Source: Chlamydiota bacterium (lineage in GTDB: Bacteria; Chlamydiota; Chlamydiia; Chlamydiales; JAJFMA01). From it: a DNA stretch of 42,594 nt. The notes under the pieces were generated by a model. It did no database searches. It had not been told where the DNA came from and saw nothing but the letters and a program-made list of their open reading frames with translations. This document shows, piece by piece, positions 23,850 through 32,218 of this stretch. Numbering within the stretch: position 1 is the stretch's first letter; the number at the start of each line of letters is the position of its first letter. The DNA is taken from positions 1 to 42,594 of the forward strand of contig JAJFMA010000074.1 of NCBI GenBank assembly GCA_021772415.1, written 5' to 3'. A program made the translations under genes and the position numbers.

Positions 23850-24419
23850 CTATTCTTCTGGAGCTTCGACTTCGGGAGGGCGCTCTAAGCTTTTGTCGAG
23901 AGCACCCTTCTCTTTCAGTTGTTCCATTCGAAGCATTGCTCGCTCCTTCATCATCTCGTATTGCGGCTGCTCACCACATAGCTCTACGGTCATTTCCAGC
24001 TCAGCAATAGCTGCTGGAACCAGGTCCATTTTTAGGTAGCAGTCCGATGTATGGAAATGCGGTACAGGTGTCTCAGGGTCGATGAGAGTAAGGTTTGCGA
24101 ATACGAGTATGGCGTTCTTGTACTCCTCCAACATCTGATAGCATGCTGCTAATCCAAGTTGAAATTTGGGTTCGGTGCCATCCAATAGCTGTAGGGTGTG
24201 AAATAGTCGTGCAGCTTCAATATATTTCCCTGAATTATAGTGGTTGTAAGCCTGGCTATACAGCCCTTCAAGGGTTCTAGAGTCCATGCCGATGGCATCT
24301 TTAGGGAGCTTGCCGCCCATGATTTCTTTGACGATCAAGTCAAAGGCTGGCTGCATCTCCTCGGCATTCTCGCCCGCCATCTCCAGGATAGCTGCTGTGA
24401 GCTCGTCTACGTCGACCAT
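23850..24419 (-). CDS. lcrH: Class II (LcrH/SycD/Scc2-type) TPR translocator chaperone
   Basis: The TPR core reads LEGLYSQAYNHYNSGKYIEAARLFHTLQLLDGTEPKFQLGLAACYQMLEEYKNAILVFANLTLIDPETPVPHFHTSDCYLKM. Confidence 0.9.
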   Translation of the reverse strand: MVDVDELTAAILEMAGENAEEMQPAFDLIVKEIMGGKLPKDAIGMDSRTLEGLYSQAYNHYNSGKYIEAARLFHTLQLLDGTEPKFQLGLAACYQMLEEYKNAILVFANLTLIDPETPVPHFHTSDCYLKMDLVPAAIAELEMTVELCGEQPQYEMMKERAMLRMEQLKEKGALDKSLERPPEVEAPEE

Positions 24420-24445
24420 GTTCTCTCTCCTTCCTCAACTGATTT

Positions 24446-26254
24446 TTAGCCGATCATCACGTTTACATTCGGGGTGATCTTGCCCGAGCCGCTGGTAATT
24501 ACGGCGATCTCGATTGCGAGATTGCCGATGATGTCAACGAGTTGCTGACCTCCTTTAATGAGGTCGTCACTCTTCACTCCATATTCTTCTAACTGTTCTT
24601 GCCTAGTGGCCATCTGCGATTGAAAACGTGAGTCCTCGTACGCAAGCTGGCCAAGTTTCAGTTCCTTGGTTACTTCTGCGATGACATTAGCTTCTTCAAG
24701 GTCATCGCCAAAAACAACGAGTGCTTGCGCGGCCTGGCAACTGGCCGTCGCGATAGCTTTTGCATAGACGCTGTCTGTGACGTCTAATTTGTCAAACAGT
24801 GCTACGCCTGTGATGCGGTTTACAGTCAGCGATAGCAGCTGTGTCACATAGGCAAGCGCCTGTAGTGTTGTATCGTCCCAATCCCCCAAACTGCGAGCAA
24901 GCTCTGGTGCAATGCCCCGCAGGACATGTGCCACTGCCAAAGTGAAGGCCGCTGCCTGCACCGAGGTGATATGGGCTTTATCTTTTAAATCTGGTTCGTC
25001 AGCACCTGTTGTCCCCACTAAGGAAATTCCTACTTGAGACTTCGGTTTGTAGTGCTGCAGTGGAACCAAATCTTCCGCTGTAACTGCTAGCCACGCCACC
25101 GCTTGAAGCACTAGCATGACTAAGGTCAACAGCTCGTTGGTGGCATCGTCTAATCCCAGGCCTTTAATGACCTGTTCACCGATATCCCACACCGCCACCA
25201 TCTCCTGGCCAACCCAAGAGCTTTGCTTCATCAATAACGTGTGGCACATCGCCGCTCCGGTAGTCGATAACGCAGCCGAGGGGCTGCGACTGCTCATGAG
25301 CGATGTTGCTAGTTGCGCGACGTCTAAGGTCGCGGAAATAAGTATTCGTAATCCTTCGCTTTCCTCGCCTCCTAAGGCCTGAGAAAAGACTTCTTTTTGT
25401 CGAGCAATGAAGGTGGGGCTTGCCGCCTTAAAGCTCTTGGCGCCTTTGCGAGCTTTGTCGTAGCCCGCGGCATAGCGTAAATCCAAAAAGCTGCGTGCAT
25501 CCTTTAATATGTCTATCGCAACCTTAATAGCGTCACGCACAATCGCACGGCGTATGTCGTCTTTGGCCATGCCTTTGTACTGCGCTTCCAAAGTGCGTAG
25601 CTGCATGTGTACAGCGTGCCATGCGTTGGCATCGACTTGCTTGCACATCTCCTCGTGTGACATCACGTGGGGTTCCAATATTGCTATAGGAACCAGATGT
25701 GCTGGCGGTATCACGTCCCCAGCTTTAAAGGGAGGGTCCTCGTCTTCAGACGCAAAAATCCCCCTCTCGTCACTCTCTTGACCTTCGTCATCCTCTTCGT
25801 CACTTTGACGACGGACCAAAATACCTCTGGCCCAAAGATTGGCTTCGGCCTCACGTAACAGGGTATGCTCTAACCCTCGCAAATTAGGGTCTCGTTGCTC
25901 CTTGGGGAGGCTCATGTCTTTCAATAGCTGGGCTCGTAGCTTCGGAGAAAGCTTCTCCAGTAGACGCAAAAATTCCTCCTTGATCTGGGCCAGACTTCTG
26001 GTCGCCATCTCCAAGGGGCCCGTAGTACGGATCTTAATAAAGGGCGCGATCACCGGGGCTTCTGCTTTGCTCTGCTGCAGCTTGACTTCACCAGCGAACT
26101 TAGCAATATCCATCGTTAAGGTATCCTCAACAAGGTTAATGCTCTGACGCGCTGACTGCGCAGCTCCAGCTATCTGCTGTTGGTCTGTAGCATCCTGGAA
26201 ATCAGCATACTGTGGACCGTCGACTCCCCCGCCGACCGGCATGGCTCCTGGCAT
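24446..26254 (-). CDS. Second translocator-like / T3S substrate protein, paralogous at its N-terminus to the CopB-like protein (CopB2-like)
   Basis: It shares an N-terminal block with the 674-aa protein: SPKLRAQLLKDMSLPKEQRDPNLRGLEHTL versus EPGLRQQVVKNMQKPPAEQDPDLGGFEEAV. It has one or two hydrophobic helices (ELLTLVMLVLQAVAWLAVTAEDLV). It is preceded by its own LcrH-type chaperone gene. Confidence 0.6.
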   Translation of the reverse strand: MPGAMPVGGGVDGPQYADFQDATDQQQIAGAAQSARQSINLVEDTLTMDIAKFAGEVKLQQSKAEAPVIAPFIKIRTTGPLEMATRSLAQIKEEFLRLLEKLSPKLRAQLLKDMSLPKEQRDPNLRGLEHTLLREAEANLWARGILVRRQSDEEDDEGQESDERGIFASEDEDPPFKAGDVIPPAHLVPIAILEPHVMSHEEMCKQVDANAWHAVHMQLRTLEAQYKGMAKDDIRRAIVRDAIKVAIDILKDARSFLDLRYAAGYDKARKGAKSFKAASPTFIARQKEVFSQALGGEESEGLRILISATLDVAQLATSLMSSRSPSAALSTTGAAMCHTLLMKQSSWVGQEMVAVWDIGEQVIKGLGLDDATNELLTLVMLVLQAVAWLAVTAEDLVPLQHYKPKSQVGISLVGTTGADEPDLKDKAHITSVQAAAFTLAVAHVLRGIAPELARSLGDWDDTTLQALAYVTQLLSLTVNRITGVALFDKLDVTDSVYAKAIATASCQAAQALVVFGDDLEEANVIAEVTKELKLGQLAYEDSRFQSQMATRQEQLEEYGVKSDDLIKGGQQLVDIIGNLAIEIAVITSGSGKITPNVNVMIG

Positions 26255-26268
26255 CTAATCCTCCTTGC

Positions 26269-26898
26269 CTATGCCTTTTCCTTGCCCTTTGTCGCGGGCT
26301 TTTTCTGTTTCTTCTTTTCCTGCACCCCCTCGTCCTCTTCTTTATTGGCGTCGCCTTTGCCGACTTCTTTCATATTCTTAACTGTGAGCTTAATGCGGTC
26401 CTTGAGTATTGCATACTCAGGAAGGTTTCCACATTTTTCTCGCGCATATTCCAAGTGGTCGAAAGCTAAATCCATTAAGCCTAGATTGGCATAGCAATCC
26501 GAAGCGTGATAGCACGGCATCGGATCTTCAGGATTTAACACTTCAACGACCGAATAGGTCATTAACGCATTGTCATATTCACCCAATAGGTGATAGCAAG
26601 CCGCCAAACCCAACACATACTTAGGCTCGGTGGCGTTTAACATCACCAACAGACGAAATAGTTGGCTTGCCTCACGATACTGACCCGAGTTATACAGACG
26701 GTAGGCGTGGCCATAAATGCCCTCCACCATACTGTCGCTCAAGCCCATGGCATCTTTGGGAAGCATGCCCTTTTCAAAAACATCTGACATCACACCTTCG
26801 ACGGCATCGCGAATCTCCTCTTTCGTCGCGTCTCCGACTTTACGTGCAGTTTCACTCTTAGACTTCTTTGCATCGGCCATGAGTGTTTCCTCCTTCAC
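26269..26898 (-). CDS. Second class II (LcrH/Scc3-type) TPR chaperone with a Lys-rich C-terminal tail
   Basis: The core reads VEGIYGHAYRLYNSGQYREASQLFRLLVMLNATEPKYVLGLAACYHLLGEYDNALMTYSVVEVLNPEDPMPCYHASDCYANL, clearly paralogous to the 189-aa chaperone. The tail is EKKKQKKPATKGKEKA. Confidence 0.9.
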   Translation of the reverse strand: MKEETLMADAKKSKSETARKVGDATKEEIRDAVEGVMSDVFEKGMLPKDAMGLSDSMVEGIYGHAYRLYNSGQYREASQLFRLLVMLNATEPKYVLGLAACYHLLGEYDNALMTYSVVEVLNPEDPMPCYHASDCYANLGLMDLAFDHLEYAREKCGNLPEYAILKDRIKLTVKNMKEVGKGDANKEEDEGVQEKKKQKKPATKGKEKA

Positions 26899-26998
26899 AA
26901 ACGATCTCTTTATCTTGCCTAGTTCTAGTTCTTGACTGGTTCCCTTCTAAGTCGCGTCTTGAGTCCGCACTTCTGCCGTTATGGCACCACAAAGACCA

Positions 26999-28159
26999 CT
27001 AGCGATAAATGGCCTGTAGTATGGTACTCATCTGCTGCAGTATCGCTGTTGCAAGGTTCGACTGCTGGTTCACAGATTCGTTGACCTGGTTCACGTTCGA
27101 TTGCAATGCCTTCGCTTCGTCACTAATAATGGAACGGAACGAACGCAGGTTCTCTGTCAACGTCTGGTTCTTCGGGTTTAATTCCTGTCGAGCTTCCGCA
27201 GAGTCATCGTCCTCGCCACCAAAAGGACTATCGTCGCCTTTAGTGAACACAGGAACGTCTGCCATCAACTCGGTGTAAGCCTTTTGATAACGGGTTAAAA
27301 AGCCCAAGCGGTCAGCAAGTACCGATCCAACTTTCTGGATCGTACCTATCATCTCGACGACTAAGTTAAATAAACGCCAGATGATCACCAGTCGCACGCC
27401 TTCTGTGCCCTTGACTGAATTTGCTCCTAGCTGTGTCGCCAGATACTCTTGCTGGACCTTGTCATACCACTTTCTCATCGCATGACTCGGTAGGTAGTAG
27501 TCGCTGTCTTCCCGGAATTCTTCAATGAGTGAATTGCGAAGTGCCACAAACTGTTCTTCAGTGCCTGCTGGGAAGAATGCCTTAAAAATCTGCTCGTAGG
27601 CGGAGATGTTACCTGTTACTAAGTCCGTTCTGTGCACACCCGTGAGGGTCATGAACTCTGTGAAGTTCGTCAAAAAGAACGTCGTATCTCCCGCAGCTCC
27701 GTCGTCTGGCTGGCCAGGATTCGATAAAAAGTGGTATCCATCCAAAAATTCGTTGAAAGCTTCGACGAACTGATCTTGTAGCGTAGAAACGTCCACTCCC
27801 GACCAGTCACCAGAAGTAACCTTAAGGATGTCAAGGTACTCGACAAAAAACGCTTGAAACAGTGCGTTGTTGCGCGGGTCTCCCGGAGTCTGGCCAAAGC
27901 CATCTTGGAGCACATGCGTGTAGAAGTCGTCCCAGGTCCGCGGAAAAACCTTACGGTCCGCAGGATCCGTCACTTTACTTCCGTATGCAACTAGCAAGGC
28001 ATCAAATTGACTGATCGAGCCTCCGGTCGCCGTTAATGCCGACTGAAGACTGGCTAGATCTGTCGATTGCTCTTTAAAAAACTTGTGTTCCAGCTTGAGG
28101 AAGAAGTCAATGTCCTCTTCCGCAGCAAAGGGACCCCCAGCCTGTTCAACATGAGGCAT
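26999..28159 (-). CDS. Hydrophilic protein of unknown function directly upstream of the chaperone/translocator genes; candidate T3S substrate
   Basis: The ORF is 386 aa with a strong SD (AGGAGG) 8 nt before the ATG. The protein is acidic and helical. Its C-terminal Gln/Asn-rich helix ends in LQQMSTILQAIYR. I recognise no enzymatic motif. Confidence 0.7.
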   Translation of the reverse strand: MPHVEQAGGPFAAEEDIDFFLKLEHKFFKEQSTDLASLQSALTATGGSISQFDALLVAYGSKVTDPADRKVFPRTWDDFYTHVLQDGFGQTPGDPRNNALFQAFFVEYLDILKVTSGDWSGVDVSTLQDQFVEAFNEFLDGYHFLSNPGQPDDGAAGDTTFFLTNFTEFMTLTGVHRTDLVTGNISAYEQIFKAFFPAGTEEQFVALRNSLIEEFREDSDYYLPSHAMRKWYDKVQQEYLATQLGANSVKGTEGVRLVIIWRLFNLVVEMIGTIQKVGSVLADRLGFLTRYQKAYTELMADVPVFTKGDDSPFGGEDDDSAEARQELNPKNQTLTENLRSFRSIISDEAKALQSNVNQVNESVNQQSNLATAILQQMSTILQAIYR

Positions 28160-28227
28160 AGGATTGTCCTCCTTTAAATAGTTTCATATCTAGGTTAGTT
28201 AACCTATCTACAGTTTCATCTATATTC

Positions 28228-28257
28228 ATTATACAATTAAAAAAATAAATATAACAA
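28228..28257 (-). promoter_or_regulatory. Sigma-70/66-like promoter candidate for the 386-aa gene: TTGTTA, 18-nt spacer, TATAAT
   Basis: On the minus strand the -35 element TTGTTA is at 28257-28252 and the -10 element TATAAT is at 28233-28228. The leader that follows contains two AGTTTCAT(A)TCTA direct repeats (28179-28192 and 28209-28224, plus-strand sequence). These flank the near-palindrome AGGTTAGTTAACCT (28192-28205). Confidence 0.45.
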
Positions 28258-28344
28258 AGTTTAATTTACTTTGTTTGCAAATCTACCGTATGACATGGAG
28301 CATATTCCGTGCCAAAGGGGCAGATGCATATTGCCGCATGGCCT

Positions 28345-29517
28345 CTATCGGCCAGCATTTTGTGCCATTTTTTCAACCAGTTGGTTGATGCGATTCAACA
28401 TCGCCGCAGCCGACTTGTAAAATTCCTCGAACACAAACATGTAACGTCGGAAGTCTTCCTTCTGCTTGTCGTTGAGGTTGGTGGCTGCCTGAATAGCTCC
28501 AGATATGTTGCGCTGAATGTCTCCAGCTGAGTTCACGTCAAGTGGATCGTCTTCATCGATGTGCTTGTCTAAGTTGTCTATCAACCAGTCTTCCAGTTCC
28601 GTTTGTGAAATGGTCTCCAGGCCATCACCCTCGTCGACAAAGACGCGCTGCATGTCTTGCAAAATCTTGTCGATTTTGCCAGCAAGGGAAGCCTCGTCTC
28701 TGACAGCTTGACCCATGTCCCCGATTTGAGGGGGACTGAGCCTATCCAACTCTGTGAGCTGTTCAGCCAGTTCTGTACGTAGGCGCTGCACGTCTGCAAT
28801 GACGTCTTGTGGGTTCTTACCACGGTAGTCCACAATCGGATCGATTGGGCGCTTATAGGCATCTTCAGAGTCTGTGTTGTATTGTTCCACAGCATCGTCG
28901 AGGTCTGATGGGAGAGCGTCTAAGTCAATAGGATCTCTCTCTTCAGGCTCCAGCAAGTTGCGGATACTTTGAAGCTCAGTTAACGTTTCCACGGATTTTT
29001 TGGTGGTGCTAAGCGCATCGTGTAGGGCCTCCAGCTGCTCGGAAAGGACTTCATTTCCTGTGCGTACATACTCGAGTTCTATCAACGCTTGCAGCGATCT
29101 GTTGTTATCGATCGCCTGTGCCGCACGCGTAATGACGATATCCACACCTTCGACGCCGAGGTCCTGCCAACGACGTACTCCCGTGACATCTGGCGTTCCT
29201 GAAACGCCAGCTGCCGATAGGGAACGCGACAGTAGGTCTATCTGGCGTGCCATATCGCGCGTGACCAACATATGCCCTTGCACGGGATTGCCGTCTTTGT
29301 CCGTCGTCGTCACCGTTAGCCCGTTGGCCGCTAAGCTCTTCATCCCCGCCATAGCCTCACCCAAACGAGCCGCATCTGCTGCCGTGATTGTGTTAGGGTC
29401 TTTGTTAAAGACCTCTTGAATCACCTCGAAATTGGCGCGGTAAGCGGCAACAATTTCATCGTCAGTGGAAGTCTTCTCGACGTTGACTAGGCCTAATCCT
29501 TCTACGAGAATTGCCAT
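28345..29517 (-). CDS. Hydrophilic protein of unknown function; candidate T3S substrate
   Basis: The 390-aa acidic helical protein has its own near-consensus promoter and an SD (GGAGAGGAG). Its C-terminal helix is FEEFYKSAAAMLNRINQLVEKMAQNAGR. I recognise no motif. Confidence 0.7.
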   Translation of the reverse strand: MAILVEGLGLVNVEKTSTDDEIVAAYRANFEVIQEVFNKDPNTITAADAARLGEAMAGMKSLAANGLTVTTTDKDGNPVQGHMLVTRDMARQIDLLSRSLSAAGVSGTPDVTGVRRWQDLGVEGVDIVITRAAQAIDNNRSLQALIELEYVRTGNEVLSEQLEALHDALSTTKKSVETLTELQSIRNLLEPEERDPIDLDALPSDLDDAVEQYNTDSEDAYKRPIDPIVDYRGKNPQDVIADVQRLRTELAEQLTELDRLSPPQIGDMGQAVRDEASLAGKIDKILQDMQRVFVDEGDGLETISQTELEDWLIDNLDKHIDEDDPLDVNSAGDIQRNISGAIQAATNLNDKQKEDFRRYMFVFEEFYKSAAAMLNRINQLVEKMAQNAGR

Positions 29518-29584
29518 AGTGTTTTCTCCTCTCCATCGATAGTTTCAAAAAAAGTTAGGAGGTTTTGTCGAATTTCCATTTCGT

Positions 29585-29602
29585 TATAGTTTATAAACTA
29601 TA
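29585..29602. promoter_or_regulatory. Perfect 18-bp palindrome TATAGTTTATAAACTATA in the leader of the 390-aa gene; operator-like
   Basis: The sequence is exactly self-complementary. It lies between the predicted -10 element (29642-29647) and the start codon (29517). Confidence 0.4.
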
Positions 29603-29641
29603 GATAAATCAGTACTTACAGATAAACCTCTCCATACTATT

Positions 29642-29670
29642 ATTATATAACAAAAATGGGTATTATTCAA
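29642..29670 (-). promoter_or_regulatory. Near-consensus sigma-70/66 promoter for the 390-aa gene: TTGAAT, 17-nt spacer, TATAAT
   Basis: On the minus strand the -35 element TTGAAT is at 29670-29665 and the -10 element TATAAT is at 29647-29642. The promoter lies just downstream of the terminator of the preceding gene. Confidence 0.5.
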
Positions 29671-29691
29671 CTAAATTTTTTAAATAAGAAG

Positions 29692-29711
29692 GCGGCGGGA
29701 GACCCCGCCGC
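29692..29711 (-). terminator. Rho-independent terminator of the 785-aa gene
   Basis: On the minus strand the hairpin is GCGGCGGG-gtct-CCCGCCGC. It starts 5 nt after the stop codon and is followed by CTTCTTATTTAAAAAATTT. Confidence 0.7.
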
Positions 29712-29715
29712 ACGC

Positions 29716-32073
29716 TTATCCGGCCTTGATGTCGATGTGACCACGCTCGAAGCTTGAGCCTCTGGCGCCTTCGTACATCAAACCAAAGAACTGCTGGCCG
29801 GGATCGAGAATCTCTGAAAGCAACTGGCTTAAGTCGGTAATAGACCTTTGTGCGTCATCGAACTCCTCACCGATGGCGTCGGCAAGTTTGCTGTCATCGC
29901 GTTCTTTAAGAATGCCTACATGTTCCTTGACAGCTCTAACCACTGAGTTGGCACCTCGCTCATCTTTGGCACGCTCCACAATTTTGGACTCACCAAAATC
30001 TACTGAAAAGCCAAAGAGGCGCACGATAACCTCATCGGTAAGATCTAGTGCCTGCGCAGGTCCAACCTTTCCTATAAGCGTATCTTGAAGACTTTCTTTC
30101 GTTGCGCCTGCAATGCCAAATAGGCTGACGGCATCAGCAATTTGACGGCCCAGTTCAGGATTCGCACCCTCACCAAGAACGTCTTCGGAAATGGCTCTGG
30201 AGCGATCTTCCAAAGCTTCACGGCTTGCTGGTAGGCCATTACTTCCGATTTCAGAGGCAACCAAATTGCCAATACGTGCGGGATCCGTGCCCGTAACACC
30301 TAAGTTGATAAGTTGATTGGAGACGAAATCTCCAAGAGGGATAGCGACGCCATCGCCGCCTTGTTGCTCCAGTATTTGAGCAAAGCTATCTTCTACTAGG
30401 CCAAAACGCCCAGCCGCAGCGTCGGGGTTACCTAAAAGCAAGCCTGCATCGAGGCTGTTGAGAAGCTCAACACTACCCGTTTCTTCGGAGAGCAGGCCCA
30501 CAGCGACTTTAAGAACTTCGTTGGTGAGCACAGAACTGAGGTCTTTGCTCAAACGCAGTTTTTCATCTGGTGTAAGGTTTTCGAGCCCTGGAATTTCATC
30601 GATTAGCGGTCCTACCTGGTCCTTAAGATCGTTGGATTTTAGTATGCCCAATGTGCTTGAAACAGCTCCTAGAGCCATTGCAAGCCGCACTCCAGGGCCT
30701 TCCAAGTTGATACTGCTCAGGTCGCTTCCCAAGAACGAAAGTCCTGGCAGAGCCCCTCGCAGAGCGTTTCGAATGACAAAGCCCAGTGTAAACGGTTGTG
30801 CGATTTCTAAAAGAGCTGTTGGAGACTCACGATTGAACTCTTTGAACATCTGCTCAAAAATACCTGTACTCAATGCAGCTTCTAATTCGTCACCACCAAG
30901 ACCTAAGGCCTTGGATGCCATTCCAAAGCCACCAGCGGACTCGCCCTTTACCTCGCCGCCGCCTTCGTCGACGTCGGAGCCCGCCTGATCAGGACGCACG
31001 ATATCTTCGACACCTTTATCTAAGTAAAAGGGTTCAGTACGGTTTTCCAAAAGAAGGTCCCATAAGCGGTCAAACGTGGAAATGTAAGCAAAGGTTGGGA
31101 GGGCAAATGGATCAAAGAATGGCTCGAGGAAGTCCTCTTTAAAATTCTGATTCCCTGGATCTATAATTTTTCCTTGAGTCTGAGGAACCTCCACAGGTGT
31201 GGCATTCGCGACAGGTCCCGCAGGGTCCACACCAGTAGGTAGCAGGGGTACATTGGTTTTGACCTCCACCAAATCCTTAGGAGCAAGGTATTCTTGTAGT
31301 GCCAGTGGCGGCAGTCCTTGTTGTGCTCTAATCACATTTTCCGCATTGATGTCGATATTCGCCTGATCCACCGCGGCGTTATATTGAGGTATGTTGTTGT
31401 TGTAGGCAGTGATTTCCGCGTTGGTAGCGTTTGCCGAAGCGTTGTAAGTGTTCATGGCTGCGTTATAGGTGTTTGCGGCAGTATTGTACTCATTGATGGC
31501 GGCATCGCGTTCCGCATCGTTAGCAAAGCCTGCCGCTAACTTCGTATTGAAGTCGTCTACGGCGGTGTTGTAGTCCGCGGTCGCTTGATTGAACGTGTCC
31601 CCCTGAGGTTGGTGATTCTGGATCGCGTTGTCCATGGGCGTTGATTGATTGTTCACTTGCTGGGCCGGAGCGCTCAGGGTGGCGGCGACGAATTTGTTTG
31701 ATAGAAATTTCGAAAACAAATCATTGAACAGCCGTAGTACGTTTGACAACTGCCCCAGTGCATCTTGGGAAAACTTGCGGCTGATGTCGGCGTTAGTGAA
31801 TTCAATGTCGTGCAGGTCTCGCTTCAAATCCGTTTCGTTGTTGGCCTGCAGAAACCACGTCTCATTAATGGTAATACGACCCGGTTGCAGATCGTACAGT
31901 AGGGGGTCATCGGGGACAAACTCCGATGCCGCAATTGTGGTTCCTCCTCCTGATGGTGGTGGTGCTACTGGTGCTGCTGGGGGTGCTGCCGGTGTCGTAG
32001 GTGGGGGCGTTGGAGTTGGTGACGGCGTGATTGACGGCGACCCCGAGGGGGGGATGGGTGTCGGTGATCCCAT
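29716..32073 (-). CDS. Large candidate secreted protein with a Pro-rich N-terminus and a heptad (Y/F)N repeat block
   Basis: The first 45 residues are rich in Pro, Ser and Thr (SPTPIPPSGSPSITPSPTPTPPPTTPAAPPAAPVAPPP). Residues ~161-238 carry (Y/F)N at exact 7-residue spacing: FNQATAD YNTAVDD FNTKLAA ... YNTAANT YNAAMNT YNASANA TNAEITA YNNNIPQ YNAAVDQ. The remaining ~540 aa are unassigned. The gene has its own terminator. Confidence 0.75.
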   Translation of the reverse strand: MGSPTPIPPSGSPSITPSPTPTPPPTTPAAPPAAPVAPPPSGGGTTIAASEFVPDDPLLYDLQPGRITINETWFLQANNETDLKRDLHDIEFTNADISRKFSQDALGQLSNVLRLFNDLFSKFLSNKFVAATLSAPAQQVNNQSTPMDNAIQNHQPQGDTFNQATADYNTAVDDFNTKLAAGFANDAERDAAINEYNTAANTYNAAMNTYNASANATNAEITAYNNNIPQYNAAVDQANIDINAENVIRAQQGLPPLALQEYLAPKDLVEVKTNVPLLPTGVDPAGPVANATPVEVPQTQGKIIDPGNQNFKEDFLEPFFDPFALPTFAYISTFDRLWDLLLENRTEPFYLDKGVEDIVRPDQAGSDVDEGGGEVKGESAGGFGMASKALGLGGDELEAALSTGIFEQMFKEFNRESPTALLEIAQPFTLGFVIRNALRGALPGLSFLGSDLSSINLEGPGVRLAMALGAVSSTLGILKSNDLKDQVGPLIDEIPGLENLTPDEKLRLSKDLSSVLTNEVLKVAVGLLSEETGSVELLNSLDAGLLLGNPDAAAGRFGLVEDSFAQILEQQGGDGVAIPLGDFVSNQLINLGVTGTDPARIGNLVASEIGSNGLPASREALEDRSRAISEDVLGEGANPELGRQIADAVSLFGIAGATKESLQDTLIGKVGPAQALDLTDEVIVRLFGFSVDFGESKIVERAKDERGANSVVRAVKEHVGILKERDDSKLADAIGEEFDDAQRSITDLSQLLSEILDPGQQFFGLMYEGARGSSFERGHIDIKAG

Positions 32074-32209
32074 AAACTCTCTCCTTAGTGCTTAGGTTCT
32101 GTGGTTACACGGGGCTCGTGTTTACAGTTGAATTGTGTGTATTTGCAAACTGTATGCCAAAATGATTTGTACACTAGCTCACTCGTGTATAGTCTATTCC
32201 CTTTTAATT

Positions 32210-32218
32210 ATTATAACA
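32210..32218 (-). promoter_or_regulatory. Extended -10 promoter candidate (TGTTATAAT) for the 785-aa gene
   Basis: The minus strand reads TGTTATAAT about 135 nt upstream of the ATG at 32073, in an AT-rich region. There is no good -35 element. Confidence 0.3.

Noticed and set aside
28345-29517. Annotating the 390-aa protein as CopN/SctW (gatekeeper).
   Set aside because: The size is compatible, but I cannot recognise HrpJ/TyeA-type sequence features by eye. In Chlamydia copN also sits with scc1, cdsU and cdsV elsewhere. It is kept as a hypothesis only.
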